64,000 nucleotides of DNA from Deltaproteobacteria bacterium (GTDB taxonomy: Bacteria; Bdellovibrionota; UBA2394): contig JAFLCD010000008.1 of the NCBI GenBank assembly GCA_017302715.1, forward strand, positions 37,924-101,923. The letters are read 5' to 3'. The notes under the pieces were generated by a model, which was not told where the DNA came from, made no database searches, and saw only the letters and a program-made list of their open reading frames with translations. The translations under genes and the position numbers were made by a program. This document shows positions 48,513 to 58,828 of this stretch, piece by piece. Numbering within the stretch: the stretch's first letter is position 1; each line of letters opens with the position of its first letter.

Positions 48513-49673
48513 ATGAAAATTCAAAAATCTTTACGACTTCAAAAACTTCCTCCTTATATTTTTGCGCAAATCGACGAAAAAAAACGTGATCTTCTTTCTA
48601 AAGGTAAAGATCTTGTCGACTTAGGAATTGGCGATCCCGATTTACCTACACCCACGCCGATGATTCAAAGACTTGCCGAGACTGCTCGCGATCAAAAAAA
48701 TCATCGTTATCCTTCTTACGGAGGTCTTAAAGAATTTCGTGACGCTTGTGCCGAGTGGATGCAGAGAAGATTTTCCGTTTCGGTCGATTCTAAAACCGAA
48801 GTCATGTCGCTGATCGGAAGCAAAGAAGGCCTAGCTCATTTTACAGAGGCATTTGTTAACCCAGGCGATTTCACTTTGATTCCTGATCCAGCATATCCGG
48901 TTTACGCCAACGCCACGATTTTAGCAGGGGGAACTCCAGCTTATTACGCTCTCAAAAAAGAAAATAAATTTAAACCCAACTGGTCAGAAATTCCTGATCA
49001 CGTTTGGAAAACGGTTAAAGTTGTTTACATCAATTATCCACACAACCCAACTTCAGCGACGGTCGAACTCGATATCTATGCTCAGCTTGTCGAGAGAGCG
49101 AAGCGATTTGGATTTATTATTTGCTCCGATGGCGCTTACTGCGAGCAGGGATATGAAGTTCCTCCTCCCTCGGTGCTTCAAGTTCCTGGAGCCAAAGATG
49201 TGGCGATCGAATTTTTTAGCTTAAGCAAATCTTATAATATGACGGGCTGGCGGATAGGATTTGCAGTTGGAAACGCAGATCTGATTGCAGGGCTTTATCA
49301 AATCAAATCCACTCTCGATAGCGGAGTATTTCAACCTGTTCAGTGGGCAGGAATCACAGCGCTTCAAGGAAAAGATTCAGAACTCATTCAACCTTCGAAA
49401 GAAGTTTATTTTTATAGACGAGAGCTCATGGTCAAAGGATTGCAAAATCTAGGTTATGAAGTTTTCGATGGTGGTGCGAGTTTTTATCTTTGGGTTACGA
49501 ATCCAGCTGGCCGAACTTCTGCCGATTTTTGTTCTCAACTTTTAGAACTTGGAGTGGTTGTTACTCCAGGATCAGGATTTGGAAAGCAAGGTGAAGGTTA
49601 TTTTAGAATCGCGCTCACTGTCCCTGAAGAGAGACTTAAAGAAGCTCTCAAACGCATTCCTAAATGTTCTTAA
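48513..49673 (+). CDS. Class I aminotransferase, LL-diaminopimelate aminotransferase-like (DapL candidate)
   Basis: 386 aa. PLP-lysine region FSLSKSYNMTGWRIGF. Located right after lysA-dapA. Confidence 0.7.
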   Translation: MKIQKSLRLQKLPPYIFAQIDEKKRDLLSKGKDLVDLGIGDPDLPTPTPMIQRLAETARDQKNHRYPSYGGLKEFRDACAEWMQRRFSVSVDSKTEVMSLIGSKEGLAHFTEAFVNPGDFTLIPDPAYPVYANATILAGGTPAYYALKKENKFKPNWSEIPDHVWKTVKVVYINYPHNPTSATVELDIYAQLVERAKRFGFIICSDGAYCEQGYEVPPPSVLQVPGAKDVAIEFFSLSKSYNMTGWRIGFAVGNADLIAGLYQIKSTLDSGVFQPVQWAGITALQGKDSELIQPSKEVYFYRRELMVKGLQNLGYEVFDGGASFYLWVTNPAGRTSADFCSQLLELGVVVTPGSGFGKQGEGYFRIALTVPEERLKEALKRIPKCS

Positions 49674-49682
49674 AATAAAAAA

Positions 49683-49708
49683 CCCGCTTAGTGATAAGCG
49701 GGTTTTTT
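49683..49708. terminator. Bidirectional rho-independent terminator
   Basis: cccgcttagtgataagcggg hairpin followed by TTTTTT. Preceded by an A-run that gives a U-tract on the opposite strand for the convergent lipoprotein gene. Confidence 0.75.
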
Positions 49709-49741
49709 ACGTGTGTGGTTCAGATTATTTTTAGAATACCC

Positions 49742-50545
49742 TTAACGTCGAACGCTGAGAACTTTTTGCACATTTGAAATGGTTTTGCTAACAGCGCTTC
49801 CCTTAAGCAAGTTTTTTGGGTCTACCATCGTGCTTGTAAAGTTTGAAGAGCTGATGGCTTTTGCTTGAATGGTGAAAGGTGCTGAAGAGGCGAATAATTT
49901 AGCCGAAGAAGATTTCGAAGCTAACAAATTATCCATATTCAAGACTTCGCCAAAATTTGCTCCCACAAAAATACCACCGGTTTTTCCGCTAGCACTTGCA
50001 CCAAAAATACAAACCGCTGCGAAAGCAACATTGTTTGAATCTCTAAAGTTTTGACAAAGGGCAATTCCAGCAGGAACATATTTTGCCGAAAACTGTTGGA
50101 TACCAATCAATGAAGCAATTTGAAGATCAGGACTTAAAGCAAATGCTGCATCCAAGGAAAAATTTGCGTTTTTAAGAACTGGAATCGTTAAAAGTGGAGG
50201 TGTCATCGCGACAGGAAGTGGGGAACCATTTGGTAAAGTGGTAATCGCACCCATATCTGTCATGGTTGAACCTGCAACAGCGGCAAGATTCACTTCAACG
50301 CCAATTCTGGCATTCGTGGTTTTAGTAGCATCGACAAAATAAAGTCGGCCTTTTCCGTTAGCAATTGGGTAATCACCTGTCATAGAAACTTGTAAGCCAT
50401 CACTCATCTCGACTTCGAGATTGGCGGTTTGAGTTTCAGGATTTAACTTCAACTGAACGTTATCTCCCAATTGTAAACTTCCGCATCCGGTTAACAGAAC
50501 GGCTGGCATAAAGACTGCGCCTAAAACTTTGAACGTTGATTTCAT
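49742..50545 (-). CDS. Lipoprotein, hypothetical
   Basis: Lipobox LLTGCGS. 267 aa, Ala/Gly/Ser-rich. Confidence 0.5.
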   Translation of the reverse strand: MKSTFKVLGAVFMPAVLLTGCGSLQLGDNVQLKLNPETQTANLEVEMSDGLQVSMTGDYPIANGKGRLYFVDATKTTNARIGVEVNLAAVAGSTMTDMGAITTLPNGSPLPVAMTPPLLTIPVLKNANFSLDAAFALSPDLQIASLIGIQQFSAKYVPAGIALCQNFRDSNNVAFAAVCIFGASASGKTGGIFVGANFGEVLNMDNLLASKSSSAKLFASSAPFTIQAKAISSSNFTSTMVDPKNLLKGSAVSKTISNVQKVLSVRR

Positions 50546-50637
50546 ATTCTTACTCCCTCTTTGTTCGACCCTTAAAATTTGCGACGTTTTTTGAACTTGA
50601 ATTTAGTTAACCTTGCTAGGTCCGTGCCAACTGCCTT

Positions 50638-50773
50638 GAAAAAAAAGTTGTCACTCCGGGGTCGGGTTAAAAAGGTGCCAGGTCAGGTAAATCTTTTGGG
50701 ATAAAATGCATTTCCCCGAGCTGACCTGGCACCTTTTTAACCCGACCCCAGATTTTAAAAAAAAAGTTGTCAG
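50638..50773. repeat. MITE-like element: perfect 29-bp inverted repeat (50658-50686 / 50721-50749) with a 34-nt spacer, bracketed by 15-nt direct repeats aaaaaaaagttgtca (50639-50653 / 50758-50772)
   Basis: ggggtcgggttaaaaaggtgccaggtcag is exactly the reverse complement of ctgacctggcacctttttaacccgacccc. Flanking direct repeats were verified by eye. Confidence 0.7.
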
Positions 50774-50826
50774 TGAGATGTGAATGACGCAGAGCTGTAG
50801 AGAGAACAAAAAAGCGTCGCTTTACT

Positions 50827-51093
50827 ATGCAATCATTTACAGAAAAATCATCGAAGGCAGAAATTTCTCCAGAAAAGACGAAACTACTTTACGCATGGGT
50901 AGACCGCTCCGAAGTCGTTTATTTGCAAGCCATACTCGATGCCTATGACGGGCTAGCCCGCATCCGAACTGAGCGACACGACAAAAATCGCTCACTCCTT
51001 ATGTTCATGGTTTCAGAATCTCGACAAGAAGAGCTCCATGACTTTTTGCGTCATATTCAAAAAGAGATTTCTGGCTCTATCGAATCCATTTGA
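50827..51093 (+). CDS. Small hypothetical protein (DUF4911-like?)
   Basis: 88 aa. LLYAWVDRSEVVYLQAILDAYDGLARIRT pattern. Domain assignment is from memory only. Confidence 0.35.
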   Translation: MQSFTEKSSKAEISPEKTKLLYAWVDRSEVVYLQAILDAYDGLARIRTERHDKNRSLLMFMVSESRQEELHDFLRHIQKEISGSIESI

Positions 51094-51139
51094 CTCTACT
51101 CGCCATAGGATTGTGTAATAGTTGTAGGGGGATTTTAAA

Positions 51140-51454
51140 TTGAATATAGCAACTGCTGAAGATCGTTCGACGCTTTTATGCGACGCCGTGAATATGACCA
51201 TTGAAGCTGCACATGGACTGCAAAAATTAAATGAGCAGACAGTTAGTCAAATCTTAGGAAACCTTGTTCGATCAAAACTCTTAGGTGCTGAAGATTCTTA
51301 TCATTTAAAAGATCAGATCCTTGATCACACTCAATTTGAAAAAGCTCTCGATTCAAGAGTCGCTACTGTTCTTTTAAGAAAAGGCTTAGTTTCAGATTCA
51401 ATGTTGACGGAAATTTCTCAACGTTTGACTCAAATTGAAACTCGATTCGCTTAA
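51140..51454 (+). CDS. Hypothetical protein
   Basis: 104-aa ORF with a probable non-ATG (TTG) start. No motifs. Confidence 0.3.
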   Translation: MNIATAEDRSTLLCDAVNMTIEAAHGLQKLNEQTVSQILGNLVRSKLLGAEDSYHLKDQILDHTQFEKALDSRVATVLLRKGLVSDSMLTEISQRLTQIETRFA

Positions 51455-51455
51455 T

Positions 51456-52949
51456 TTATTTCATCTGTTCGAGAAAAACTTCTATTTTAGGCTTTAAGTC
51501 CACAGAGCTTTCTTTCATATTTTTTAGAAGCATCAGAAGAATTTCATCCGTCGCCTTATCTGGGGGCAATTCAAAGATAACTTCTATTCGCTGGAAAAGG
51601 TCTGGATAAAGATCCGGACTGAGCCTTGAAAAATGACTCACATAATAAGATAAAATTTCATTTAATAAGCGCCTATTTTTATTATTAAAATCAAAAGTTG
51701 ATGATTTAGAGCTTAACGGAAGCCACTCTAAAATTTCCAAGGAGGTTTTCTCAGAAAACTCGCTCGAGGCTTTTAAAGCAGAAAGAAGCTGAATCGCACG
51801 TTTTGGATCTTTTAGAATCTTTTCAGCATCTTTACTTAAGTGAACAGAACTGGAAAGTTTCGCGATGGCGTCTACTCTCATCTTTTCACCGTCTTGATCT
51901 CGCTCTATTCTGTTCGAAAAAATAAATATCAGATCTAAGGCAGAATCTTTCCATTGAGACGAAGCCGAATAAACCGCCAGACATTGAGGACATCGCGATT
52001 CAGAAAACCACGTATTTAATAATTCCAAGCCATAAGGCGATAAAATTTTTCGACGAAGAAAAAGCTCATTTCTTTGGATATCTTCTTTAGCTTTTCCCAA
52101 TCGTTTTAAAATCTGATCGGCAGTATCATCTGAAATAGTATTTTCAAAAAAATACTCCGACAAAGTTTTCACGCGATGATTGGAACTTTTTAAACCTGAA
52201 GTTAACAAAGTTGCCTGCTGAGAAAAATTTTCTGATTCCAGCACTGCCTCAGCGATATGCCTTCCCTCGGGATCATTAACCGCAGGTCGAAGAATATTCA
52301 TCTGAAATTGAATCTCTGGATAAGCATCTTTGTGATACCAAAAAGTGCTATTTCTCCATTTTAAAAGATAAAAAAGAGTGTCATCCCAAAGCTCCGTTTT
52401 CTGAGTCATCATGCGTCGAGAAAATTTGGTAAGATATTCCAAGATAAAGGATTGATCGCTGTAAGACATCATGAACTGATGAAAACTTTGATCGCTGATC
52501 AATCGGTCTTCAAAACTCTCGCCTAATTCCATTCGTGTTAAAAAACTGGCGAACTCTGGGCGTTTTGTTGTTTCGAGATATTGAATAACCTCCGAAATAT
52601 TTTTATCTGGATTACATTTTATAAGAGTAATCAGCCCCTGAAAGAAAAACGCATTGAGAAACTCTTGGTCTTCTCCACCTAAATAATAAAACCCTTCGAG
52701 AAGCAAAGTGCTTTCTTTTTCTGTTTCGGGATTTAAAAAAGTAAGCGCGAATTCCTGCTCACGTCCCTGCTCTAAAATTTGAATAACAACATCAAAGCCT
52801 CGCCTAATAAAAGAGGCTTCGGGGAATTTCTCGTCTTTTGAAAAATTTAGAATTTGCTCGTGAAGAGAAAGATTCTTATCGAGAACAGTCAAAGGAACTT
52901 CTAAATCCCCAAAATTTTTCAGCTCCCTATAAGGAGGCTCTTCGGTCAT
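51456..52949 (-). CDS. Cytoplasmic alpha-helical repeat hypothetical protein
   Basis: 497 aa, no signal peptide. Repetitive helical/HEAT-like composition. Confidence 0.45.
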   Translation of the reverse strand: MTEEPPYRELKNFGDLEVPLTVLDKNLSLHEQILNFSKDEKFPEASFIRRGFDVVIQILEQGREQEFALTFLNPETEKESTLLLEGFYYLGGEDQEFLNAFFFQGLITLIKCNPDKNISEVIQYLETTKRPEFASFLTRMELGESFEDRLISDQSFHQFMMSYSDQSFILEYLTKFSRRMMTQKTELWDDTLFYLLKWRNSTFWYHKDAYPEIQFQMNILRPAVNDPEGRHIAEAVLESENFSQQATLLTSGLKSSNHRVKTLSEYFFENTISDDTADQILKRLGKAKEDIQRNELFLRRKILSPYGLELLNTWFSESRCPQCLAVYSASSQWKDSALDLIFIFSNRIERDQDGEKMRVDAIAKLSSSVHLSKDAEKILKDPKRAIQLLSALKASSEFSEKTSLEILEWLPLSSKSSTFDFNNKNRRLLNEILSYYVSHFSRLSPDLYPDLFQRIEVIFELPPDKATDEILLMLLKNMKESSVDLKPKIEVFLEQMK

Positions 52950-53122
52950 AAAACCTGCAGGAGGAAAATGAAAAAGCTGACCCGCTAAAATAAAATATGC
53001 TAACCCCAGAGATGAAAAAATAGCTCACCCCTCCCTCTTCGCCATTTTTTAGAACAACCCTAAAACCCGTCTTTACGTTTCAAAAATTGAGCTAAATTGT
53101 AAAGACTTAGTTAATGAGGAGC

Positions 53123-53923
53123 TTATTTTTTTTGATTGTCTATGAGGCGAATATTTTTGTAAAAAGCGGCCACCAGCCAACGACCTTTATTTCCAGCTCG
53201 AGAGGCTGAAAGATCGTCATTCCAATTTTCTAAATATTGCAATTTAAAACCGAGTAAACTTAATTTTTTTCGTGCTTCGCTTAAGGTGTTACTAGCTTTC
53301 ATGACTTTATAAAGATCTGCAGCGCTTTTAAAACTTTTTGAATCCAAATAACGATTGCGAGAGCTCATCGCTAAACCTGATTTTTCTCGATAAGTTTTTA
53401 CGGGAATAATTTGAATAGGCAAAAATAAATCTTCAACCATCGCTTTAATGACCTGCAATTGCTGATAATCTTTTTCACCAAAATAAGCTCGTGCAGGTCT
53501 TACAATTGAAAAAAGTTTAAAGACAACGGTCACAACGCCTTCAAAATGCCCGGGACGAAATCGACCTTCTAAAATATTTGTAAGTGAAGAGCGAGGTTGA
53601 ATTTTTGTTTCATCCTTCAAGAGATAAATTTCTTTAACTGATCTAGGCAGAAAAACGGCATCGACTTTCGATTTTCGAAGTAGATCTAAATCTGCGACCT
53701 CCGTTCGAGGATACTTTTTTAAATCTTCTTTGGGGCCAAACTGTGTGGGATTTACAAAAATGCTGACCACCGTTAAATCATTTTGTTTTCGTGAATGACT
53801 TACCAAACTTAAATGCCCGGCATGAAGAGCTCCCATCGTCGGAATAAATCCAATAGATTTATGATTAAATTTTTTCTGAGATCTCCAAGCAGAAAATTCT
53901 TTTCGGGTTCTTAAAATTTTCAT
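53123..53923 (-). CDS. panC: Pantoate--beta-alanine ligase
   Basis: IGFIPTMGALHAGHLSLV matches the PanC HIGH-like motif. 266 aa. Confidence 0.9.
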   Translation of the reverse strand: MKILRTRKEFSAWRSQKKFNHKSIGFIPTMGALHAGHLSLVSHSRKQNDLTVVSIFVNPTQFGPKEDLKKYPRTEVADLDLLRKSKVDAVFLPRSVKEIYLLKDETKIQPRSSLTNILEGRFRPGHFEGVVTVVFKLFSIVRPARAYFGEKDYQQLQVIKAMVEDLFLPIQIIPVKTYREKSGLAMSSRNRYLDSKSFKSAADLYKVMKASNTLSEARKKLSLLGFKLQYLENWNDDLSASRAGNKGRWLVAAFYKNIRLIDNQKK

Positions 53924-54690
53924 TATTTAAAACTAGTCTCGTCGGAAGGATATCGAGACTCTTGGACGTCTGCGGCATAAGTTTGAAGCGCAATTTTTAT
54001 CAAAGAATATCCATCCAAATAAGTTTTTAAAAATTTAGGTTTAAAGTCGGGGTTGAAACCTAATAAATCATAAAGGACTAAAACTTGGCCCGAGCACTCC
54101 ACGCCCGCCCCAATGCCGACGGTTGGAATTTGAATAGACTCTGTAATTTTTTTGGCGAGTGAAGCTGGCAACATCTCAAGCACTAAAATTTCTACTCCGG
54201 CTTTTTCTAAATTTTTAGCTTCTCTTAAAAGTCTCTCAGCTTCGAGCTCGGATCTGCCTTGGACTTTATAATCTTGAATCGACTGCGGAGTTAATCCGAT
54301 ATGTCCGCAGACGCGAATTTTATAATCTCGTAGTTTTTTAACAACATCTGAGACATCGCCTTCGACTTTCACCATATCGGCGCCTGCTCGAACGAGAAGC
54401 TTAGCATTCTCTAAAGCGAGATCGGGATCTTCATAAGAATGGATAGGCATATCCACAACCAAGGTCGGTTTCTTCAAAACCTTCGAGCTCTGAAGGCCTC
54501 GCGCTACGGCAGATGCATGATGCAAAATTTCTTTCATCCCGACTTTAGTGGTTGAGGATTCTCCCGAAATCACCATCCCTAAGGAATCGCCGACCAAAAG
54601 ATAATCAAAGCATTCCGCATCTGCGCAAATTTTTGCAAAAGTAGCATCGTAACAAGTGACCATGGTCAGCTTGTTCAAAGCAGCACTCAT
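53923..54690 (-). CDS. panB: 3-methyl-2-oxobutanoate hydroxymethyltransferase
   Basis: TCYDATFAKI...LLVGDSLGMV matches the PanB N-terminal signature. 255 aa. 1-nt overlap with panC. Confidence 0.9.
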   Translation of the reverse strand: MSAALNKLTMVTCYDATFAKICADAECFDYLLVGDSLGMVISGESSTTKVGMKEILHHASAVARGLQSSKVLKKPTLVVDMPIHSYEDPDLALENAKLLVRAGADMVKVEGDVSDVVKKLRDYKIRVCGHIGLTPQSIQDYKVQGRSELEAERLLREAKNLEKAGVEILVLEMLPASLAKKITESIQIPTVGIGAGVECSGQVLVLYDLLGFNPDFKPKFLKTYLDGYSLIKIALQTYAADVQESRYPSDETSFK

Positions 54691-55901
54691 GAAATGACTT
54701 TCATTTTTTTAAGATCTTTTAAAACAGCACCGGCCAAATAAAAAGATCCCGCAACTAAGACCGCTTTCTTTGATTTCCAAAGAGCTTTCAAGCCTAAAGA
54801 CAAATTCGTGATCACTCCGGCATCCTTTTTTTTCCAAAAGCTTTTTAATTTTTCTACTGACATTTGCCGTTCTGGATAAAAATCTTTCACAAGAAAAACT
54901 CGCGAAACCAGAGGCTTAAGAATTCGAATAACTGCCGCAGGGTTTTTATCATCCATCAAGCCAAAGACAAGATCAAATTTTTGCTTCGGGTAATTTTTTT
55001 TAAGAGATTGAAGAAGAGCTGTCACGGCCGCTTGATTATGAGCGCCATCTACTAAGAAGAGCGGCTTCTTTCGGATGCACTGAATCCGGGCCGGAAGCAA
55101 ATCACCCTTAAGCGCTGCTATTATTTTTTTAAAATTAAAATCTAAATGCCATTCAAAGGCCGCTTCTTGAAAAACATTTAACGCTAATCTTGCATTAATC
55201 TCTTGATGAAGACCTCGATCTTTTTTGATCCGAGCTAAAACTTTCTCTAATGGCTTTGAAAAGCTTTTAGCTTTCGACGCCCATTCCATCCGACTACCTT
55301 TGATTCTGGCCTCGATTCTCAAACTCTCCGCCGCCTCTTTTGATTGAGGAGCGGAAAAACAAATTCTACCTTTTCGCATGATGCCGGCTTTTTCTTTAGC
55401 GATCTGCGAAAGTTTGTTTCCTAAAATTTCTTGGTGATCATAATCAATAGAAGTAATCACTGAAAAATCAGGGTCTGAGATATTGGTGGCGTCCAGTCTT
55501 CCGCCTAAGCCTACTTCTAGAACTTGAATATCCACTCGCTTTTCTCGAAAAATCAAAAAAGCCAAAACGGTCATTCGCTCAAAATAAGTAAGGGGTTCTA
55601 AAACAGACGCATATTTCTTCTCGAATTTTTTGAGTTCGAATTCCGAAATATTTTTAGAATTAATTCGAATGCGCTCTGTTCGCGAAACCACATGAGGTGA
55701 AGTATAAGTTCCCACCTTCAAACCAGCTTTTAAAAAAAGAGAAGTAAGATACTGAACAGTGCTCCCCTTACCATTCGTGCCTGCGACTAAAATAGTTTTT
55801 CTACCGAGCTCCGGTTGATCGAGAAGAGCTGAGGCCAAACGCATTCGATCGAGTTTATAAGTTATTTTCGAAGGGATTTCGAATTTCTTAGGATTAATCA
55901 T
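54687..55901 (-). CDS. folC: Folylpolyglutamate synthase / dihydrofolate synthase
   Basis: VAGTNGKGST is the Mur-ligase P-loop. 404 aa. 4-nt overlaps on both sides. Confidence 0.85.
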   Translation of the reverse strand: MINPKKFEIPSKITYKLDRMRLASALLDQPELGRKTILVAGTNGKGSTVQYLTSLFLKAGLKVGTYTSPHVVSRTERIRINSKNISEFELKKFEKKYASVLEPLTYFERMTVLAFLIFREKRVDIQVLEVGLGGRLDATNISDPDFSVITSIDYDHQEILGNKLSQIAKEKAGIMRKGRICFSAPQSKEAAESLRIEARIKGSRMEWASKAKSFSKPLEKVLARIKKDRGLHQEINARLALNVFQEAAFEWHLDFNFKKIIAALKGDLLPARIQCIRKKPLFLVDGAHNQAAVTALLQSLKKNYPKQKFDLVFGLMDDKNPAAVIRILKPLVSRVFLVKDFYPERQMSVEKLKSFWKKKDAGVITNLSLGLKALWKSKKAVLVAGSFYLAGAVLKDLKKMKVIS

Positions 55902-56773
55902 TTTTCGTTTGCTGAAGCACTGAGCATTCTAAAAACCTGAGAAATATATTTTTTCTGATCTTTACGATGAAGAATCTGATCGATCATTCCGTGCTCCAAT
56001 AAAAAAGGAGCCTTTTGAAAACCTTCAGGCAGTTTTTGACGAATGGTCTGCTCAATCACGCGTGGTCCCGCAAATCCAATTAACGCTCCCGGCTCCGCGA
56101 CTGCGATATCGCCAAGCATTGCAAAACTCGCAGCGACTCCGCCTGTCGTTGGATGCGCCATTAAAGATATATAAGGAAGGCCTTCGCGCTTCATTTTTTG
56201 AAGAGCGGCGCAAGTTTTTACAAGCTGCATTAAAGATAAGATACCTTCCTGCATTCGCGCCCCGCCTGAGGAGGAAACCACGATTGCCGGAATTTTTTTC
56301 TCGCGGGCATACTCAAAACAGCGAGTGATTTTTTCGCCGACGACGGAGCCCATACTTCCACCCATGAATTCAAAAACAAAAATCGCTAGAGAAAATTTTT
56401 GACCTTCGCATTCGCCCTCGCCCCAAATCGCCGCATCTTTTTCACCCGTCTTTTTTTGAGAGGCCAAAATACGATTTGCATAAGAAGAGACATCCACAAA
56501 CTTAAGTGGATCGGTAGGCACCAAATCTGCATCGAATTCTTTAAAAGTCCCCGCATCACAAAGAAGTTCTACTCGCTCACGAGCCGGCATCGGAAAATGG
56601 TAATCACACTTCAAACATACGTAACGATTCCTCTCGATTTCAACCCGATATAAAATCGCTCCGCAATCTACACATTTCGTCCAAAGATTAGCCGAAGCTT
56701 TTGATTCAATGGGTGCGGCCTTAGCCTGAATTCCCGGAGACTTTAGTTCTTTAATCCAACTCATTCTCTTCAC
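55898..56773 (-). CDS. accD: Acetyl-CoA carboxylase carboxyltransferase subunit beta
   Basis: N-terminal zinc ribbon CVDCGAILYRVEIERNRYVCLKCDYHF. Carboxyltransferase body. 291 aa. Confidence 0.9.
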   Translation of the reverse strand: MKRMSWIKELKSPGIQAKAAPIESKASANLWTKCVDCGAILYRVEIERNRYVCLKCDYHFPMPARERVELLCDAGTFKEFDADLVPTDPLKFVDVSSYANRILASQKKTGEKDAAIWGEGECEGQKFSLAIFVFEFMGGSMGSVVGEKITRCFEYAREKKIPAIVVSSSGGARMQEGILSLMQLVKTCAALQKMKREGLPYISLMAHPTTGGVAASFAMLGDIAVAEPGALIGFAGPRVIEQTIRQKLPEGFQKAPFLLEHGMIDQILHRKDQKKYISQVFRMLSASANEK

Positions 56774-56907
56774 TGAAATAGACCCTTACTCGAAGGTCAA
56801 GAACGCAATGTGTCGCGATCTTAACGCCATAAGCCATTTAAAATTCGCTTTTAAGCTTGGGGCCTACTGTCAAAAAATTTAGACTAAATATTAAGGGGAA
56901 ATTACAA

Positions 56908-58713
56908 ATGAAATTTATTCAAAAATTAAAACTCACTGTGGTTTTGGCGATAGGAATTTTTTCTACCGCTCAAGCCCAAATCACAACCAAAGATTTTTCA
57001 GAATTTAATCTGGAACAAAAAACTCAGGAGTTCAATTGGTTCGTCACTCATATCGAAGAGTATTACGGACTGATGGATTATAAAGAACAAAAATGGAATT
57101 TCAAATGGGCCGATCTTAAAGCCGCCTACTCCGAAAAATTAGCAGATCCAAAAATGGATCGCGATGCGTTTTTTGGACTTATGCAAAAATTTGTCTCTGA
57201 ATTTCATGATGCGCATGTCAGCACCTATTCCTTTAGAGACTATCTGTTAGGAGAGCAAAAATTTAATACGCTTGGATTCTTTGCTTCGAGAGATCGGTCT
57301 GTCGAAGGAGATATTTTAAAAGTAAATTTCGTTATTCCCCAAATATTTATGGATCAAAATACGGTTCAAAACGGAGATATCATTCAAACGATTAACGGAA
57401 AAACTCCAGCAGAATATATTCAAACTGAAATCACTCCTTACCGAAATTTAGGAAATGAAGAGTCTAATAAAACTTACGGATTTGCGGATATTACATTTCA
57501 ATTCAATGATTACAGCTCCAACCGTGCAAAAGGCATCGCTGAAGTTGTGATCAAACGTGGAGAACAAACCTTCACTCGCCATATCAAATGGCGTCAGTTC
57601 GATATTTACGAATTACTCGATTTATTAAACTCACGTTCTTACGGCGTTGAAGCTCAAGCTCAAAAAGTTTTTGTAGGTATTCAAGAATGGAAAAGCCCTA
57701 CTACTTTTATTGGAAAATTTGCAAATCCAGGAAAAGAAGCTTTCAAAGCAAAGATGTCTCAAAAAACTTCTAAACCAGATTCATTTGAAAAATTGAATTT
57801 GCTTCAGGTTGAAAATTCTATTCAGAAGTTAATTGCGAACGACGTTCTCGTAAGGAAAGCTGAACCAACCAATGGCCAAAGTCTTGAAATTGGTGGCTTA
57901 CCATTTACCTTAGTTCCCAGCACCAGCGGCCTGATGGCGATCTATCAAATTGAAGATTTTATGTACTCTCGAATTTCTTGCGGCGCGTATCAACAATTTG
58001 GAGATTTCTATATCGCCTACTGCCAAATTTTAAGAGGCGAAGATTATGCCAATGCTTTTCAAAAACTTAAAGATCTTGGCGTCACCACTCTCGTTCTCGA
58101 TACTCGCTCGAATGGCGGAGGTTATTTAGAGTTTGGATATCAACTTATTCGCGCTTTTTTTGAAAACAAAACTCCTGCTCACAAAGCTTCGATTCGAATC
58201 AACGAAGAATGGTCAGGTACTTTCAAAGAAGTCTCCGAACTAAAATCGGCTTGGCTTCCTCTCGAACTCAAAGAAGCCTATGGAGACATTTGGAATATTC
58301 TTCAAAAAGATATTTCGGAAGGTAAACTTTACAGTTCTCCGATTTCTTTTATGGGAGTTTCTGAACTTACAGGAGTTTCCAATCCATGGAAGGGCCGAAC
58401 TTTTGTTCTCGTCGACGAAATGTGCGCGAGTATGTGTGATATTTTTGCAACTTATATGCAAGATACGAACGCAGCCAAAGTCATCGGCGCTCGATCGATG
58501 GGAGCTGGTGGAAATGTGATCGGCATCGGCATTTCTCCGCGTACAAAAATCGCTTTGAGCTTAACGGCTAGCCGCATTTTTAGATTGAATGGAGATACCA
58601 TCGAAAACAACGGAGCTACTCCAGACTTCGCGACAAAAACTGCGCAAGGTGAAAGTTTTTGGGATGCTGCTATCGAATATATGGCTCCAGGAACAAAGCC
58701 TGCCTCTAAATAA
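56908..58713 (+). CDS. S41-family (tail-specific/C-terminal processing protease-like) serine peptidase, secreted
   Basis: Signal peptide MKFIQKLKLTVVLAIGIFSTAQA. LVLDTRSNGGGYLEFG matches the S41 catalytic Ser region. Start moved to the ATG after the AAGGGGAAA RBS. Confidence 0.75.
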   Translation: MKFIQKLKLTVVLAIGIFSTAQAQITTKDFSEFNLEQKTQEFNWFVTHIEEYYGLMDYKEQKWNFKWADLKAAYSEKLADPKMDRDAFFGLMQKFVSEFHDAHVSTYSFRDYLLGEQKFNTLGFFASRDRSVEGDILKVNFVIPQIFMDQNTVQNGDIIQTINGKTPAEYIQTEITPYRNLGNEESNKTYGFADITFQFNDYSSNRAKGIAEVVIKRGEQTFTRHIKWRQFDIYELLDLLNSRSYGVEAQAQKVFVGIQEWKSPTTFIGKFANPGKEAFKAKMSQKTSKPDSFEKLNLLQVENSIQKLIANDVLVRKAEPTNGQSLEIGGLPFTLVPSTSGLMAIYQIEDFMYSRISCGAYQQFGDFYIAYCQILRGEDYANAFQKLKDLGVTTLVLDTRSNGGGYLEFGYQLIRAFFENKTPAHKASIRINEEWSGTFKEVSELKSAWLPLELKEAYGDIWNILQKDISEGKLYSSPISFMGVSELTGVSNPWKGRTFVLVDEMCASMCDIFATYMQDTNAAKVIGARSMGAGGNVIGIGISPRTKIALSLTASRIFRLNGDTIENNGATPDFATKTAQGESFWDAAIEYMAPGTKPASK

Positions 58714-58828
58714 GTTCTATAAACTCGATTTAAACCCCTGGGGCCCAAAAAGCCTTGGGGGCAAAATCGCCCTCCTTTATATATAGTCAAAGATTGCCTC
58801 CGTCTTATATTTCGCTAATCTCTTTTTC

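Noticed and set aside
50721-50745. TGGCAC motif resembling a sigma-54 -24 box inside the 29-bp inverted repeat
   Set aside because: The required -12 TTGC element is absent at the N5 spacing (cttttt-aacc instead). Not a credible RpoN promoter.
58714-58828. Possible terminator after the S41 peptidase gene (gggc-aaaatc-gccc and ccccugggg stems)
   Set aside because: Stems are only 4-5 bp and imperfect. Not confident enough to call.
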